Below, piece after piece: positions 19,404 to 29,890 of a stretch of 64,000 nucleotides of DNA. Under the pieces are notes generated by a model. It saw only the letters and a program-made list of their open reading frames with translations. It made no database searches and was not told the origin of the DNA. Origin of the DNA: Savitreella phatthalungensis (lineage: Eukaryota); the NCBI GenBank assembly GCA_051599415.1, contig AP039690.1, positions 806,001-870,000 of the forward strand, given 5' to 3'. The position numbers were made by a program, and so were the translations under genes. How positions within the stretch are numbered: position 1 is the stretch's first letter; each line of letters begins with the position of its first letter.

Positions 19404-19863
19404 GATGTCGTCCGACGGAACATACACTTTCTTCACGGATAACCACGGCAGCCAGGACTATCTGAATGCCCGCAACTTGAGCTTTCAGGGAAGCTTTACT
19501 ACGACGAGAACGCAAGTTCAATTCGCAACGTTCAGCGTGTCCCGAGTGGTAATCGAGCACACACTATAATCGAGGACACACTATGACGAACGACGTCACG
19601 CTGAAACTTGCGAATTGCACTGGCGACCTGGTCGAAGTGGATCTGCGCTCAAGGACCAAGTTGCGGACAGTCAGACAGTCCTGGCTGCCGTGGTTTACCA
19701 TGAAGAAAGTGGATGCCCGATCGGACGACATCGTCAACGTGTTCCGAGTGGTACCCGAGGACACACTATGTCGAACGACCTCGTTGAACTTTGCGAATGA
19801 AACCTGCGTTCTGTCGTAGTGAAGCAGCGCTAAAGGCTAAAGTTGACCGAGACCTCGTGGCTG
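19404..19863. repeat. Diverged inverted repeat (arms 19404-19539 and 19597-19732) plus a third, direct partial copy (about 19733-19863)
   Basis: The arms align without gaps over 136 nt with about 28 mismatches by hand count (e.g. AACCACGGCAGCCAGGACT versus AGTCCTGGCTGCCGTGGTT). The spacer motif CCGAGTGGTA..CGAGGACACACTATG.CGAACGAC recurs at 19744-19779. Confidence 0.85.
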
Positions 19864-20372
19864 AAGTCTACGGAGCCCGCCAGCTTTGTGCCCCTGGCTG
19901 ACCTGGTTGGATCCCAGAACCTGAATGTTAGAATAGACCTGCCGGGTTAATGAACATATGTAGACACATATTCGACCGCTGAGATCATCACTGTGGCCAT
20001 GGCCATGATGCAGAAGCGCGCTCCAGCTTGATCGATGAAGCACAGTACGATAGACGGCTTATCACAGACTACGCAGCAGGGTTGATAAGCAGACCAAGTG
20101 ACTTCCGCGGTTTGTGTTTGGCAGCACTGCAGCCCGGTGGAAAGACCTGCTGGGACAACTCCACCCCATGTTTGCCTATCTTGCAGCTCTCGGCTTATGG
20201 ACATGCCAGTGATTCATCCGAAATATCCGTGCTCATCGAGCCATACAAGCAACCAAGGATCCTCAATCAAGATCGATCACAAAGAGAGCTGTGAAGAAAG
20301 TTCATGGACATGTTAAAACCGCCAAGGTAGATACGGATCGGGTATATATATGCGCTATGTGCCGCCACTTAC

Positions 20373-20921
20373 TCACTTCTCCTTGAACTTCAAGCTGACA
20401 CCGTTGACACAGTGACGCTCGTTGGTTGGATTCTTGAAGCCCTCGTTAAAGAAGACATGACCGAGATGTCCTCCGCAGTTGTGGCAGACAATCTCAGTCC
20501 GCTTCATGAACATTGAGTTGTCTTCATGGCGGTCAACGGCGCCAGGAATGGTCTCGAAGTAGGCCGGCCAGCCACATCCACTGTCGAACTTTGACTCACT
20601 CTTGTACAAGGGAGCATCGCAGCCGGCGCAGTGATAGATTCCCTGCGCACGCTGCTTCTCGATCGGTGAGGATCCGGGAGCCTCTGTGCCCTTCTGACGA
20701 AGGACGCGGAATTGTTCTGGAGAAAGCACTGCTCGCCACTCCTGATCGCTTTTCTGAACAGGATACTTTGTCATGTCGTTTGCTGATGATGAAGAACTTC
20801 CGAAGAAGGCTGCAAACAGTCCAGCTGCGAGGGTAGGAATCGGCTTCGTCTTGGGCGAGGCTAGTGTTGCGGTAGTCGAATGGAGTCCTCGAAGTGCTTG
20901 TCTTGCTGCCGTCCTGTACAT
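20373..20921 (-). CDS. MXR2: Methionine-R-sulfoxide reductase MsrB
   Basis: EWRAVLSPEQFRVLRQKGTE, YHCAGC, KFDSGCGWPAY, CHNCGGHLGHVF, RHCVNG; ATG 20921 gives a mitochondrial-type presequence. Confidence 0.95.
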   Translation of the reverse strand: MYRTAARQALRGLHSTTATLASPKTKPIPTLAAGLFAAFFGSSSSSANDMTKYPVQKSDQEWRAVLSPEQFRVLRQKGTEAPGSSPIEKQRAQGIYHCAGCDAPLYKSESKFDSGCGWPAYFETIPGAVDRHEDNSMFMKRTEIVCHNCGGHLGHVFFNEGFKNPTNERHCVNGVSLKFKEK

Positions 20922-21555
20922 CAACTGTAAATGCAAATGAAGGATTCAGCAATGAAAGGTGGACTTCTGAGGATAGAATCAATTGTGCGGAATGTTCCCT
21001 GACTGAGCGATGATGACACGTGTATTGCCTCGAAGCATCCCCACTATCGTGAGGCGACTGAGTAGATGTTACGCATTGTTGAGTAAGTACGTAATTAACC
21101 ATATGCAGAATGGCCTGGATTCCAATTGTGGATGTAAATTATATCATGGATGGATGACGTATACCGCAAGTGCATATGCGAATAATTGATCAATTCGATC
21201 TTGAAGAAAGGATATATCTGATTGAGTATAGACCATATTTGCATATGATCAACATCGATCAATCAATTGGACGATCAGACTGAATAACGAATCGATCGAT
21301 CGTGCATCAGAGGAATATAATGATCTGAATTATAAAATTGAATTTTAGTATCGATCAACAATAATCCAAAACAAGTGAGCCAAATAAATGAACCGTTTCC
21401 TGCTTAGAAGCAATTGATCCCGACTTCAATGTAGGAGCAGAGCAAAGCAGAGGAATGCACAGCAGGTGTCACTGCCATCGAGTTTCCATAGTCATGCTAT
21501 GTACGTGAACACGTGTGGGCACTACCAAAGAAAGAAACATTTAGCGTAGAATGCA

Positions 21556-21571
21556 ACGCGTCTTTACGCGT
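21556..21571. promoter_or_regulatory. Tandem MCB boxes (ACGCGT x2) upstream of ATR/Rad3
   Basis: ACGCGT at 21556-21561 and 21566-21571, about 70-85 nt before ATG 21641. Confidence 0.6.
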
Positions 21572-21640
21572 CTGAAGTACCTTTTCTCAAGGACCACGAA
21601 GGCGGTCAAGCTACAACGTCCATGTTGCTGATTGCGGGTC

Positions 21641-24600
21641 ATGGTTCAGCCTGCGCCGCAGACAACTCATCTGCCGCATCAGCAACGACACAGCATGAGC
21701 AACGGCTTCCACACAGCTAGCCAAAGTTCACCTCATCCGCCTGTAGGCGATGCCTTGGTATTACAGAAACTGCTGAAAGAAATACTTGCTGCCCCATCAG
21801 CCCTTGATGAGCAGTCTCCGACGGAAAATGCTCAGCTATTACGATACCTATTGAGCCTGGAGCACACCCACAGTACTGCCAAGCAAAACTTGGAGCCCTC
21901 GATCAATCACGTCCTTTTCGTCGATACACTCTTCGCCTTATGCATCGTTGTCAACGCCACGCCAGAGCTTCTCGCTCTCTCGGCTGTCGATGACACGTCG
22001 TGGTCCTTGTACCTGCTAAGCACACTCCGCACGTGGCTCCACAATCCAGCTTACGCAACATGGGCCTCCATTGTGCGCCAATCCATCCAAGTCGTTCTGA
22101 GCACCAGTTTTGCCACACCAGGTATCGACACGATTGCGTTGTACGACTGGCTGAAGGAAACTATCGGATCGCCTTTAAACACTCCCGATGCTCTGTCTTC
22201 GAAAATTGACATCGCACTTCCACTCGTTGCGCTCCGAGACGACGAGCTCATTCATCTCTTGCCACTCGTGTCCCGCTCAACAACTTCGATTTGTCGTGCA
22301 ATCAATCGATGTCTTCAACGAAACTTGCAGAACCACTACGATGGGCCTCATACATCCGCAATCGTGGCAATAGCTGCCACCTCGGTCGTTCTCGGGAGTC
22401 ATGAAGCCCTGCCGCTTCGCATTGCTGTTCGACTCTTTGAAATGATCATGAGTGAGCCACGCATGCTTGCGTCTCCTGGAGATCGCGGCAACGTTCTAAT
22501 TTTTTGGCAATGGCTTGACGAGCATCGGGACGATCTCTCAGAATCAATGGCCCAAGAGGTTCAACAACACGCTCGCGCATCCCCTGATCATCTGGCCGTG
22601 CAGGAACTGGCACTCAAAGACCTTCTGATCTCCTTTCAGGCTTTCTGCAGCAAGTCGTACGAACACGAGCGATCCCAACGTCCAACCCCAACGTTTTTCC
22701 GTCGTCGTAAGCGGCAACCGAAAGACGTTCATCCGCTCATCAGCGCTGTGACTGAGCTATTCGAAGCTCCGAGAGAGCCATCATTCGGCGTCTATATGCG
22801 CGGAGCCTTGCAAAGCATTCAACGCATAAAAAGCCCAGCAGAGCGATCTAGAATTGCTGCACTGTTTGACATCGCTCGGGAAACTAGCTGTATCTTAGCA
22901 AAAGACACGGATGTTGACGGCAACTGCAACATATGCGGTGCTGCTGCTTCTGATGGACGATCCACAAAGGATGATACAACGTTGAATACGACAGCACGTC
23001 AGCTATATGACCTGGCTTGGTATGTACTTGAGAACGCTTCGAACGGCGAATCGTTCGCCCTCAATGGGCTGGCTCTGGCGAGCTCGATCGTATCGCATCA
23101 TCCTTTCACACTCTCTGAAAGGCCGCATGAGCAGTTGATTCGTCCAGTCATGGCTCTGGTGTCTCACAAATCTGAGCAAATTGGCGAATCAGCTGTCTTC
23201 CTGCTCTGTCAGCTCTACAGCTACGATGCATCGACTGACGATGACGCAAAGCGGTGCGCTCTCGGGCGTGGAGCCGTCGTGCGCGCCCTTCGCCAGCTCG
23301 CCAGGACGCCGCGCTTTGCTGCACGCGCTCTTCTCGGGTTGGAGCTCGTAGGGATGGTGGCAAACGAGTCCGATCTCCTGCCAATTTTGCTCGAGCTCAC
23401 AACACTTCTATGCACAGGTGCGAGCATGATCCGCGAGGCCACTGTGATGCGCGTTCGATCATTGGCGCAGGCAAGAGGCAAGACGATTTGGGCATTGTTC
23501 TCTCCGCATATGCGGATGGTGAGTGTTCAGGTCATGGAAATGTCTCATAAGCGTCCCGAATTGCTGTCATCTTTTGCAAGCTTGTTGGGAATTGCTCGTG
23601 CAGATTTCATGGGTCGTACTCAGCAGTATATCATCCCTATCATGGTCATCACTGGCAATGAGGCAGGCATGGGTGTGCTGGCAAATGCTCTCAATCATCC
23701 GATACAGCGGCTAATCATCGATAACATTCCGCAAGTGCTTTGCAGTGTCCTTCTACAAGGGACGAAACAACCAGGAGATCTCAAACATTACCTCGTCCGG
23801 CTTGATCCTGGCTTCGCGAAACTCGAACTCGAGGAACTCATTCGAATGTACCCAATAGACCTCTCAGTCGAGATCCTCCAATCGTCCTACGATCCGGGAG
23901 TCAGTCATCGCAGCATTGAGGGCGCTCTCAGCGCTGTCGCCTCATGTACTGGAGTTACGCCAACGTCAACACGTCGAACTCCGCGCGAGGCCGCGCAGGC
24001 TTTCCTGCGAACTTACTTAGAGCGCAATTGGATGGGCATCGTCGGCCAGCTTGCAGATCGTCTGACGGGCCACCGCGGCAGACAGAGCGTTACCGAGCAA
24101 TTGCGTAGCATCGCTGCACTCGACAAATTAGCATCTTTGCTACACGAGTGTGTCGAAATCATGGTACCACAGATGTCTGCCAGTCTACAGTCAGCCATGT
24201 TGACAGAGGGTATCCGATATGAAGCGATCAAAACCTGGCATGGCTTACTGAAGCGTCTCGACAATGGCGCTTTAAAGGCAATCGTTCTTCAAACCTTTTG
24301 CTTAACTCTGACTCTCTGGGAAGACTGTGACGCTCGGGAGCGCGCAGAACTTCATGAGATGCTTCAGTGGCTAATCACCACGAAAGCCGGCGTCGTGAAG
24401 GATCTCGCTTACCACCTCCCTCGCCTCTCAGCCATGCAAGGGCTACAAGATCTTGCCGACTCATTCGAGTTGCACGTCGGAAGGCGCTCCAAGCTTGGGA
24501 TTTCGCGACTCTTTAAAGCGCTTGCGGAAGTCTGCAGTAACGACAACGTCATGATTACAGAGCAAGGCCTCATTGAGCTTCGTGCTATGCTGCAGGATCG

Positions 24601-27600
24601 TGAAGCAGACCTCTATATGGAGCTTCTGAAGGAGGCACGGGATCCCAACGTGGATCTAATGCTGCGCAGTCTGCTGAATGTATGCTCTCGGCAGCCCGAA
24701 AGCACCATGTCAGACCTCGCCATTGACTGTCTGGGTCGTTTGGGCGCCGTCGATCCGGTACGTTACGATGGCGTTAGCAATAAGTCTCGCTTCGTCCTGC
24801 TTCATAACTTTGAAGATGAGGATGCCGAAGAAACAGTCAGATTTGTTCAGATACTACTTGATGAACATCTCGTTGACGCGTTCACAAGCGAAACAACGAG
24901 CAATACGCAAAACCTCTTGGCTTGGGCTATTCAGGAGCTTCTACGCTTCTGTGGGCTCGACGAGACGGCTCGAGCTCCAATCGTCGCCAATAGTCCGACA
25001 GACGTGCAACAAAGATGGATGTCGTTCAGACGAACAGTTCGTGACGCGATGGCTCCTCTACTTTCCTCAAAGTGGGAAGCTCCTGTGCGTGGACGCAAGC
25101 CAGAGGTCACATTTCCTATCTTCTCCTCTAGCCCCAATTACCGTCGTTGGCTATGGCGCTTCCTGCAGAATCTGCTTTCTCATGGTCATGGCAACAATGC
25201 TAAACAGCTGTTCAGTGTTCTTTCTAGGATTCAACGGGAAGAAGATGTTGATCTGTGCAACTTTGTCTTGCCCTACGTCTTCCTGAACGTCAGTATCCAT
25301 TGTACGGAAGCAAAGCGCAAAGAGCTGATCGCAGAGCTCAAGTCAGTACTGAGTGGCGAGATAACAGCGCACGGCATGGCCGAGGAACAAGGGAGGCTCG
25401 CATGCGAGAGTATCTTTGCCATTGTTGACTATCTGCAACACTGGATGCGATCGAAGAAAATGTATAATACTCGGATCCTGCACGAAAAAGCTCGCAAGCT
25501 GAACCGTCACCTTGCACCTGAGGACGAGGAGAGCTCGGATCCGTCTATCCAGATCGTTGATAGACTGCTGGCTGCCGTGCCTGCTGATACTATGTCCACG
25601 GCTGCATATCGCTGTGGATCATACAGTCGAGCACTGTTCTATTGGGAGCAGCACATTCGCGCAAAAATCAATGGCTCGACCACGGCGGTTGAACTGGACG
25701 GCCTCTATTCGCATTTGCAGGAGCTCTACATGCACATTGACGATCCGGACGGCATTGAAGGCATCGCTGCCCTCATGCAACGATCAACGATCGAGCAGGA
25801 GATTCTCATGCACGAAAATGCCGGACGGTGGGCGGAGGCGATCAGTGGATATGAGCTCATTGCTGCGGAGGGGCAAAACTCCGAGAAGCTTCAAATCGGA
25901 TTGTGGAATGCTTTGCGGCAAAGCGGTGACTATTCAACAATTGTAGCCACTGTCAAAGTCGGCGACACTTCTAAAGGACTAGCCAACTCACAAGCATTGA
26001 CCGACATTGCGATCCAAAGCGCTTGGCAGACCGGAGCATGGGCGCAGCTTGACAGTCTCATTCGCGCTTCCTCAGAGCAGTCCTTCGATGTTCTGCTTGG
26101 CAGGCTGTTTCAAGAGTTGAGACGTGATGGGGATGATGTTCAAATTCTTCTTGAAGATCTCCGCGCACGCACTGGTCAGGACCTAGCGAGCGCCAACGTG
26201 AATTCCACTCGGCAATGCTACGACGGGCTTGTGCGTGCTCACATTGTGCGCGAGCTGGATGATCTCGTTTCTCTGAGCAAACCAGCCTATGAAGCCGATA
26301 CAATGCACAAGCAGCTTCGACTCGATATCATGTCTCCGGAAAGTGTGCATCGACAGCAGGTTCTGTCAGTCCGTCGCGTTGTGGCCGAGTCACTGCTTGT
26401 ACGGAAGAAGGATCCTCGAGCACCGACGACATCAGCTGCTGTCTACCTTCAGATGGCCAAGGCTGCGCGAAAGTCTGGCCAAATGCAGTCTTCTTATCGA
26501 GCATTGATACGCAGTCTCGCGTTGTCAGATTCGCCACTCGGCAACATCGAGCACGCAAAGTGGTGGTGGCAACAAGGACAACAACTAAGGGGAATCCAGC
26601 TCCTCCGAAAGGCTCTCGACTCCAAGAAATTACAGACCTATACACCTGACAAGTTCTTGGCATGGTTCTCCATCGATGATGCGCAGGCGACCATGGGTAA
26701 ATCGCCAAGTGAAGCTCTTTTGTCCAAGTCTCGGTTGTTACTGGCACAATGGAACGAGGCTTCCGAGAATGTCAACGTCTCACAGCAGCTCCGCGACTAT
26801 CAGGTCGGCGTGAGCGGCAGCCAGCTGGAGAAACCTCACTTCCTGCTTGGTAGATTTTGGTTGAGACAGATTGAGGCGCAGGTCAAGAAACCGCCGGAAC
26901 AGCAAGACGAGGACTTCCTGAAGGGAGACTACCATCGGCACACAATCATTGCTTATGGCAAGGCTATGCACTTTGGCACGAAGTACATCTTCCAGACCTT
27001 GCCTTCTTTCCTCCAGCTTTGGCTCGACTTTGGAGACGCTGTGAAAGTTGTGAATCCACGCGTTGGCAACCAGCAAAGGCGATCTGACTTGATTTCTCAT
27101 CGCCAACAGACTCTAAACTATCTGAATGACAAGGTCAAAACGTTCATGTCGCGGTACCCAACCTACCTCTTCACTCTCGCGTTGCCACAAATCCTTTCGA
27201 GAATGAACCACGGCGACAAGGCGTGTTATGCCAACCTTGAAACCGCAATCAGCCGGTTGATTGTCGACTATCCTCGACAGACGCTGTGGTCGTTCATGGC
27301 GGTAGTCAATTCTCGCGATCCGATGCGTGCTCAACGTGGTAACACGCTCCTGGCGAAGATCAAGCAGGAGGCCAAACGCTCCGGCAAAGATTACATTGTC
27401 AAGCTGATTTCTGACGCAGCGAACATGACGCAGCAGTTGATGGCACTCTGTGTTGCTCCTGTGGCCAAAAATAAGACGAGTCTCAGTCTTTCTAGGGACC
27501 TTCATTTCGACAGGAGTATCACACCAAATGGGCTCGTCGTGCCGATCCAGGCTAACTTGACTCCGCTCTTACCCGCTCATAGGGGCACTTTCACAATGAC

Positions 27601-28693
27601 GAGCGGAGGCATGATGAGCAAACAACATCGCGCGTTTGATGACTCTCAGCCTACTATCGTGTCGTTCTTGGACGAGGTTGACGTCATGAATTCACTGCAG
27701 AAGCCACGCAAGATACAGGTGCGGGCTTCAGATGGTCAGATCTATCCATTCCTTGTGAAGCCGCACGATGATTTGCGCAAAGACGCACGACTGATGGACT
27801 TCAACAGCGTCGTTCAGAAGATGATACAGCGAGACCCTGCAGCTCGCAAACGGCAGCTCAAGATCCGCACTTACGCCGTCGTCGCATTGAACGAAGAGCA
27901 TGGTCTTTGTGAGTGGGTGCGCAACACGCGAGCCTTCAGAGATGTTATGATCAAGGCATATCGCAATCGAGGGATACCGATGCACTACACTGAAATCAAA
28001 GCTCGTCTTGACGAAGCTCTGAATTCACCAGACCCAGGTTTGTGCTTCAAAAAGATGGTTCTTGATCGCTTTCCACCTTGCTTCCACGACTGGTTGCTCG
28101 ACAAGTTCGCCGACCCGTATCAATGGTTTACAGCTCGGCTGAGCTACGCACGTACACTCGCCGTCATGTCCATGGTAGGCTTCGTGCTTGGACTAGGGGA
28201 TCGACATGGGGAGAACCTCTTGCTCGACGAAATGTCGGGCGACGTCGTCCATGTCGACTTCAATTGCCTCTTTGAAAAGGGCTTGACGTTCGAAAGACCT
28301 GAGCGAGTGCCGTTCCGCCTGACGCAGAATCTGGTTGATGCACTCGGCGTCCAGGGACCTGAGGGCTGTTACAGAAGGACTTGCGAGCTGACTTTGCGGA
28401 TCTTGCGGCGTCATAGCGAGTCCTTCAACACGGTGCTCGAATCATTCCTCCACGATCCTGTCGGGGAATTCTTGAAAAAGGTGAAGAAGTCAGCGACGGG
28501 CGATCTCGAGAGGGAAGAAGCACGGAAAGTACTCGTGGTCATCGCAGCTAAACTCAAAGGCTCAGCAGGTATGGGCCCGACTGACAAACATGTTCCGCTC
28601 TCAATCGAGGCTCAAGCGGATGAACTGATCCGTCAAGCTATGGACAACAAATTGCTAGCTCAGATGTATATTGGCTGGACAGCTTGGCTATGA
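21641..28693 (+). CDS. rad3: PIKK checkpoint kinase ATR/Rad3/Mec1
   Basis: FAT region (RALFYWEQHIR, DDPDGIEG), kinase SLQKPRKI..KPHDDLRKDARLMDFN, GLGDRHGENLL, HVDFNCLFEKG, PERVPFRLTQN, FATC end MYIGWTAWL. First ATG at 21641. Confidence 0.95.
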   Translation: MVQPAPQTTHLPHQQRHSMSNGFHTASQSSPHPPVGDALVLQKLLKEILAAPSALDEQSPTENAQLLRYLLSLEHTHSTAKQNLEPSINHVLFVDTLFALCIVVNATPELLALSAVDDTSWSLYLLSTLRTWLHNPAYATWASIVRQSIQVVLSTSFATPGIDTIALYDWLKETIGSPLNTPDALSSKIDIALPLVALRDDELIHLLPLVSRSTTSICRAINRCLQRNLQNHYDGPHTSAIVAIAATSVVLGSHEALPLRIAVRLFEMIMSEPRMLASPGDRGNVLIFWQWLDEHRDDLSESMAQEVQQHARASPDHLAVQELALKDLLISFQAFCSKSYEHERSQRPTPTFFRRRKRQPKDVHPLISAVTELFEAPREPSFGVYMRGALQSIQRIKSPAERSRIAALFDIARETSCILAKDTDVDGNCNICGAAASDGRSTKDDTTLNTTARQLYDLAWYVLENASNGESFALNGLALASSIVSHHPFTLSERPHEQLIRPVMALVSHKSEQIGESAVFLLCQLYSYDASTDDDAKRCALGRGAVVRALRQLARTPRFAARALLGLELVGMVANESDLLPILLELTTLLCTGASMIREATVMRVRSLAQARGKTIWALFSPHMRMVSVQVMEMSHKRPELLSSFASLLGIARADFMGRTQQYIIPIMVITGNEAGMGVLANALNHPIQRLIIDNIPQVLCSVLLQGTKQPGDLKHYLVRLDPGFAKLELEELIRMYPIDLSVEILQSSYDPGVSHRSIEGALSAVASCTGVTPTSTRRTPREAAQAFLRTYLERNWMGIVGQLADRLTGHRGRQSVTEQLRSIAALDKLASLLHECVEIMVPQMSASLQSAMLTEGIRYEAIKTWHGLLKRLDNGALKAIVLQTFCLTLTLWEDCDARERAELHEMLQWLITTKAGVVKDLAYHLPRLSAMQGLQDLADSFELHVGRRSKLGISRLFKALAEVCSNDNVMITEQGLIELRAMLQDREADLYMELLKEARDPNVDLMLRSLLNVCSRQPESTMSDLAIDCLGRLGAVDPVRYDGVSNKSRFVLLHNFEDEDAEETVRFVQILLDEHLVDAFTSETTSNTQNLLAWAIQELLRFCGLDETARAPIVANSPTDVQQRWMSFRRTVRDAMAPLLSSKWEAPVRGRKPEVTFPIFSSSPNYRRWLWRFLQNLLSHGHGNNAKQLFSVLSRIQREEDVDLCNFVLPYVFLNVSIHCTEAKRKELIAELKSVLSGEITAHGMAEEQGRLACESIFAIVDYLQHWMRSKKMYNTRILHEKARKLNRHLAPEDEESSDPSIQIVDRLLAAVPADTMSTAAYRCGSYSRALFYWEQHIRAKINGSTTAVELDGLYSHLQELYMHIDDPDGIEGIAALMQRSTIEQEILMHENAGRWAEAISGYELIAAEGQNSEKLQIGLWNALRQSGDYSTIVATVKVGDTSKGLANSQALTDIAIQSAWQTGAWAQLDSLIRASSEQSFDVLLGRLFQELRRDGDDVQILLEDLRARTGQDLASANVNSTRQCYDGLVRAHIVRELDDLVSLSKPAYEADTMHKQLRLDIMSPESVHRQQVLSVRRVVAESLLVRKKDPRAPTTSAAVYLQMAKAARKSGQMQSSYRALIRSLALSDSPLGNIEHAKWWWQQGQQLRGIQLLRKALDSKKLQTYTPDKFLAWFSIDDAQATMGKSPSEALLSKSRLLLAQWNEASENVNVSQQLRDYQVGVSGSQLEKPHFLLGRFWLRQIEAQVKKPPEQQDEDFLKGDYHRHTIIAYGKAMHFGTKYIFQTLPSFLQLWLDFGDAVKVVNPRVGNQQRRSDLISHRQQTLNYLNDKVKTFMSRYPTYLFTLALPQILSRMNHGDKACYANLETAISRLIVDYPRQTLWSFMAVVNSRDPMRAQRGNTLLAKIKQEAKRSGKDYIVKLISDAANMTQQLMALCVAPVAKNKTSLSLSRDLHFDRSITPNGLVVPIQANLTPLLPAHRGTFTMTSGGMMSKQHRAFDDSQPTIVSFLDEVDVMNSLQKPRKIQVRASDGQIYPFLVKPHDDLRKDARLMDFNSVVQKMIQRDPAARKRQLKIRTYAVVALNEEHGLCEWVRNTRAFRDVMIKAYRNRGIPMHYTEIKARLDEALNSPDPGLCFKKMVLDRFPPCFHDWLLDKFADPYQWFTARLSYARTLAVMSMVGFVLGLGDRHGENLLLDEMSGDVVHVDFNCLFEKGLTFERPERVPFRLTQNLVDALGVQGPEGCYRRTCELTLRILRRHSESFNTVLESFLHDPVGEFLKKVKKSATGDLEREEARKVLVVIAAKLKGSAGMGPTDKHVPLSIEAQADELIRQAMDNKLLAQMYIGWTAWL

Positions 28694-28763
28694 GACAGCA
28701 TGCGGTGCACGAGAAGCGTATCGTGTCGCAGCGCCACCCTACAGCAACGCTAGAGCCCTGACG

Positions 28764-28796
28764 ACAATAATGATAATGATAATGACCATGATGATC
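28764..28796 (+). repeat. Short (ATA/ATG)n trinucleotide run between the convergent rad3 and RBX1 genes
   Basis: acaataatgataatgataatgaccatgatgatc seen directly. Confidence 0.6.
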
Positions 28797-28950
28797 AGGA
28801 ATCGAGACAATACCTTGAAAGGGAAGATGCCGAGCTGCAAAAGAGGATCGAATGTGTTCGTAATTAGCGTGACAAAATTGTATGGTGCACGAAGTCGTTA
28901 AACGGTAGTCTCTCGACCGAGTGATTGCATTTCCAACAGAGGCAACCTTT

Positions 28951-29331
28951 TCATCGACCATACTTCTGAAACTCCCATTCGCGGTTGTCGAGAGGGCACA
29001 CCTGTCGAGTCTTGAGCCATCTGGAAATGCAGTGGAAGTGGAATGCGTGGTTGCAAATTCCCCAAGCGACAGTGCACTCGTCGGTCGTCGCACTTGCCTG
29101 GTTCGCCTGGCACTCGATACACAAATCCATGATATGGTTCCGGCAAATCGCGCAGTTGTCAACGACAATGTCCCAAGCCCATAGTGCAACCGCGTTCCAC
29201 TTCTTCACCTCGAATCGTGGCTTCCCTCCTGCTGCGGATGTCGACGACGTCTTGGCCGCGCCTACTGCTGGGTCTGTAGCAATATCGGTCTTGCTAGCTG
29301 CTCCTGTGTCGACGTCCATCGCTTCGGACAT
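28951..29331 (-). CDS. RBX1: RING-box protein Rbx1/Roc1/Hrt1
   Basis: [40 protein letters not shown]...[33 protein letters not shown] is the highly conserved Rbx1 sequence. Confidence 0.98.
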   Translation of the reverse strand: MSEAMDVDTGAASKTDIATDPAVGAAKTSSTSAAGGKPRFEVKKWNAVALWAWDIVVDNCAICRNHIMDLCIECQANQASATTDECTVAWGICNHAFHFHCISRWLKTRQVCPLDNREWEFQKYGR

Positions 29332-29890
29332 CGTATTTCGAGTGGGTTGTGTGAATAGAGTGCGCGACCTTGTTGGTGATCCTCGAGGTGGATGCCGTGA
29401 TGTGCTTGTGTGTGTGCTGGTAGACAGGGGCGCGTCGAATCGAATCGGTAAATGGCTACGACGGGCTCAGTTGCTGTTCAAGACGTTAGGACTGAAGGTC
29501 GATGTTGGTTATGAAGTTGTTGTGTGGTTAGCGAGGCGTGTGGGCGCGCGTATTGAAGCTTCCTGTGTCATCACTATGCATGTGCTGCATCGATCACGAT
29601 CCGTGCGCGCCGCGGATCCATGCGAGACCAGAATGCACGTTCGATCGCTTGTTAATGCAGATGTGCGTAACCGAATTTAATTTACGCATGAGAAACAGGA
29701 TGCATGAGGTGGCAAGCAAGACTGGCTATTTTGTAGGACTCATATAGGTTGAATCATATGCATGATTCCTTGCCTTCACGGACCAAGCCAAGCTTGCTAG
29801 TCAAAGTCACGCATCATACTGTTCGACAAGTCCACTTCACGGACAAGGAACATGGGCTCAGGGCCGCTGCAGGGAATGAGGATACATAAA

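Noticed and set aside
19404..19863. Repeat considered as a CRISPR array, tRNA, 5S rRNA or MITE
   Set aside because: Eukaryotic context, no regular repeat-spacer period, no cloverleaf or 5S motifs recognised, and no clear target-site duplication; kept only as an unexplained repeat.
28985..29680. 231-aa plus-strand ORF
   Set aside because: Antisense shadow of RBX1 plus its 5' region; no recognisable motifs and a non-ATG start.
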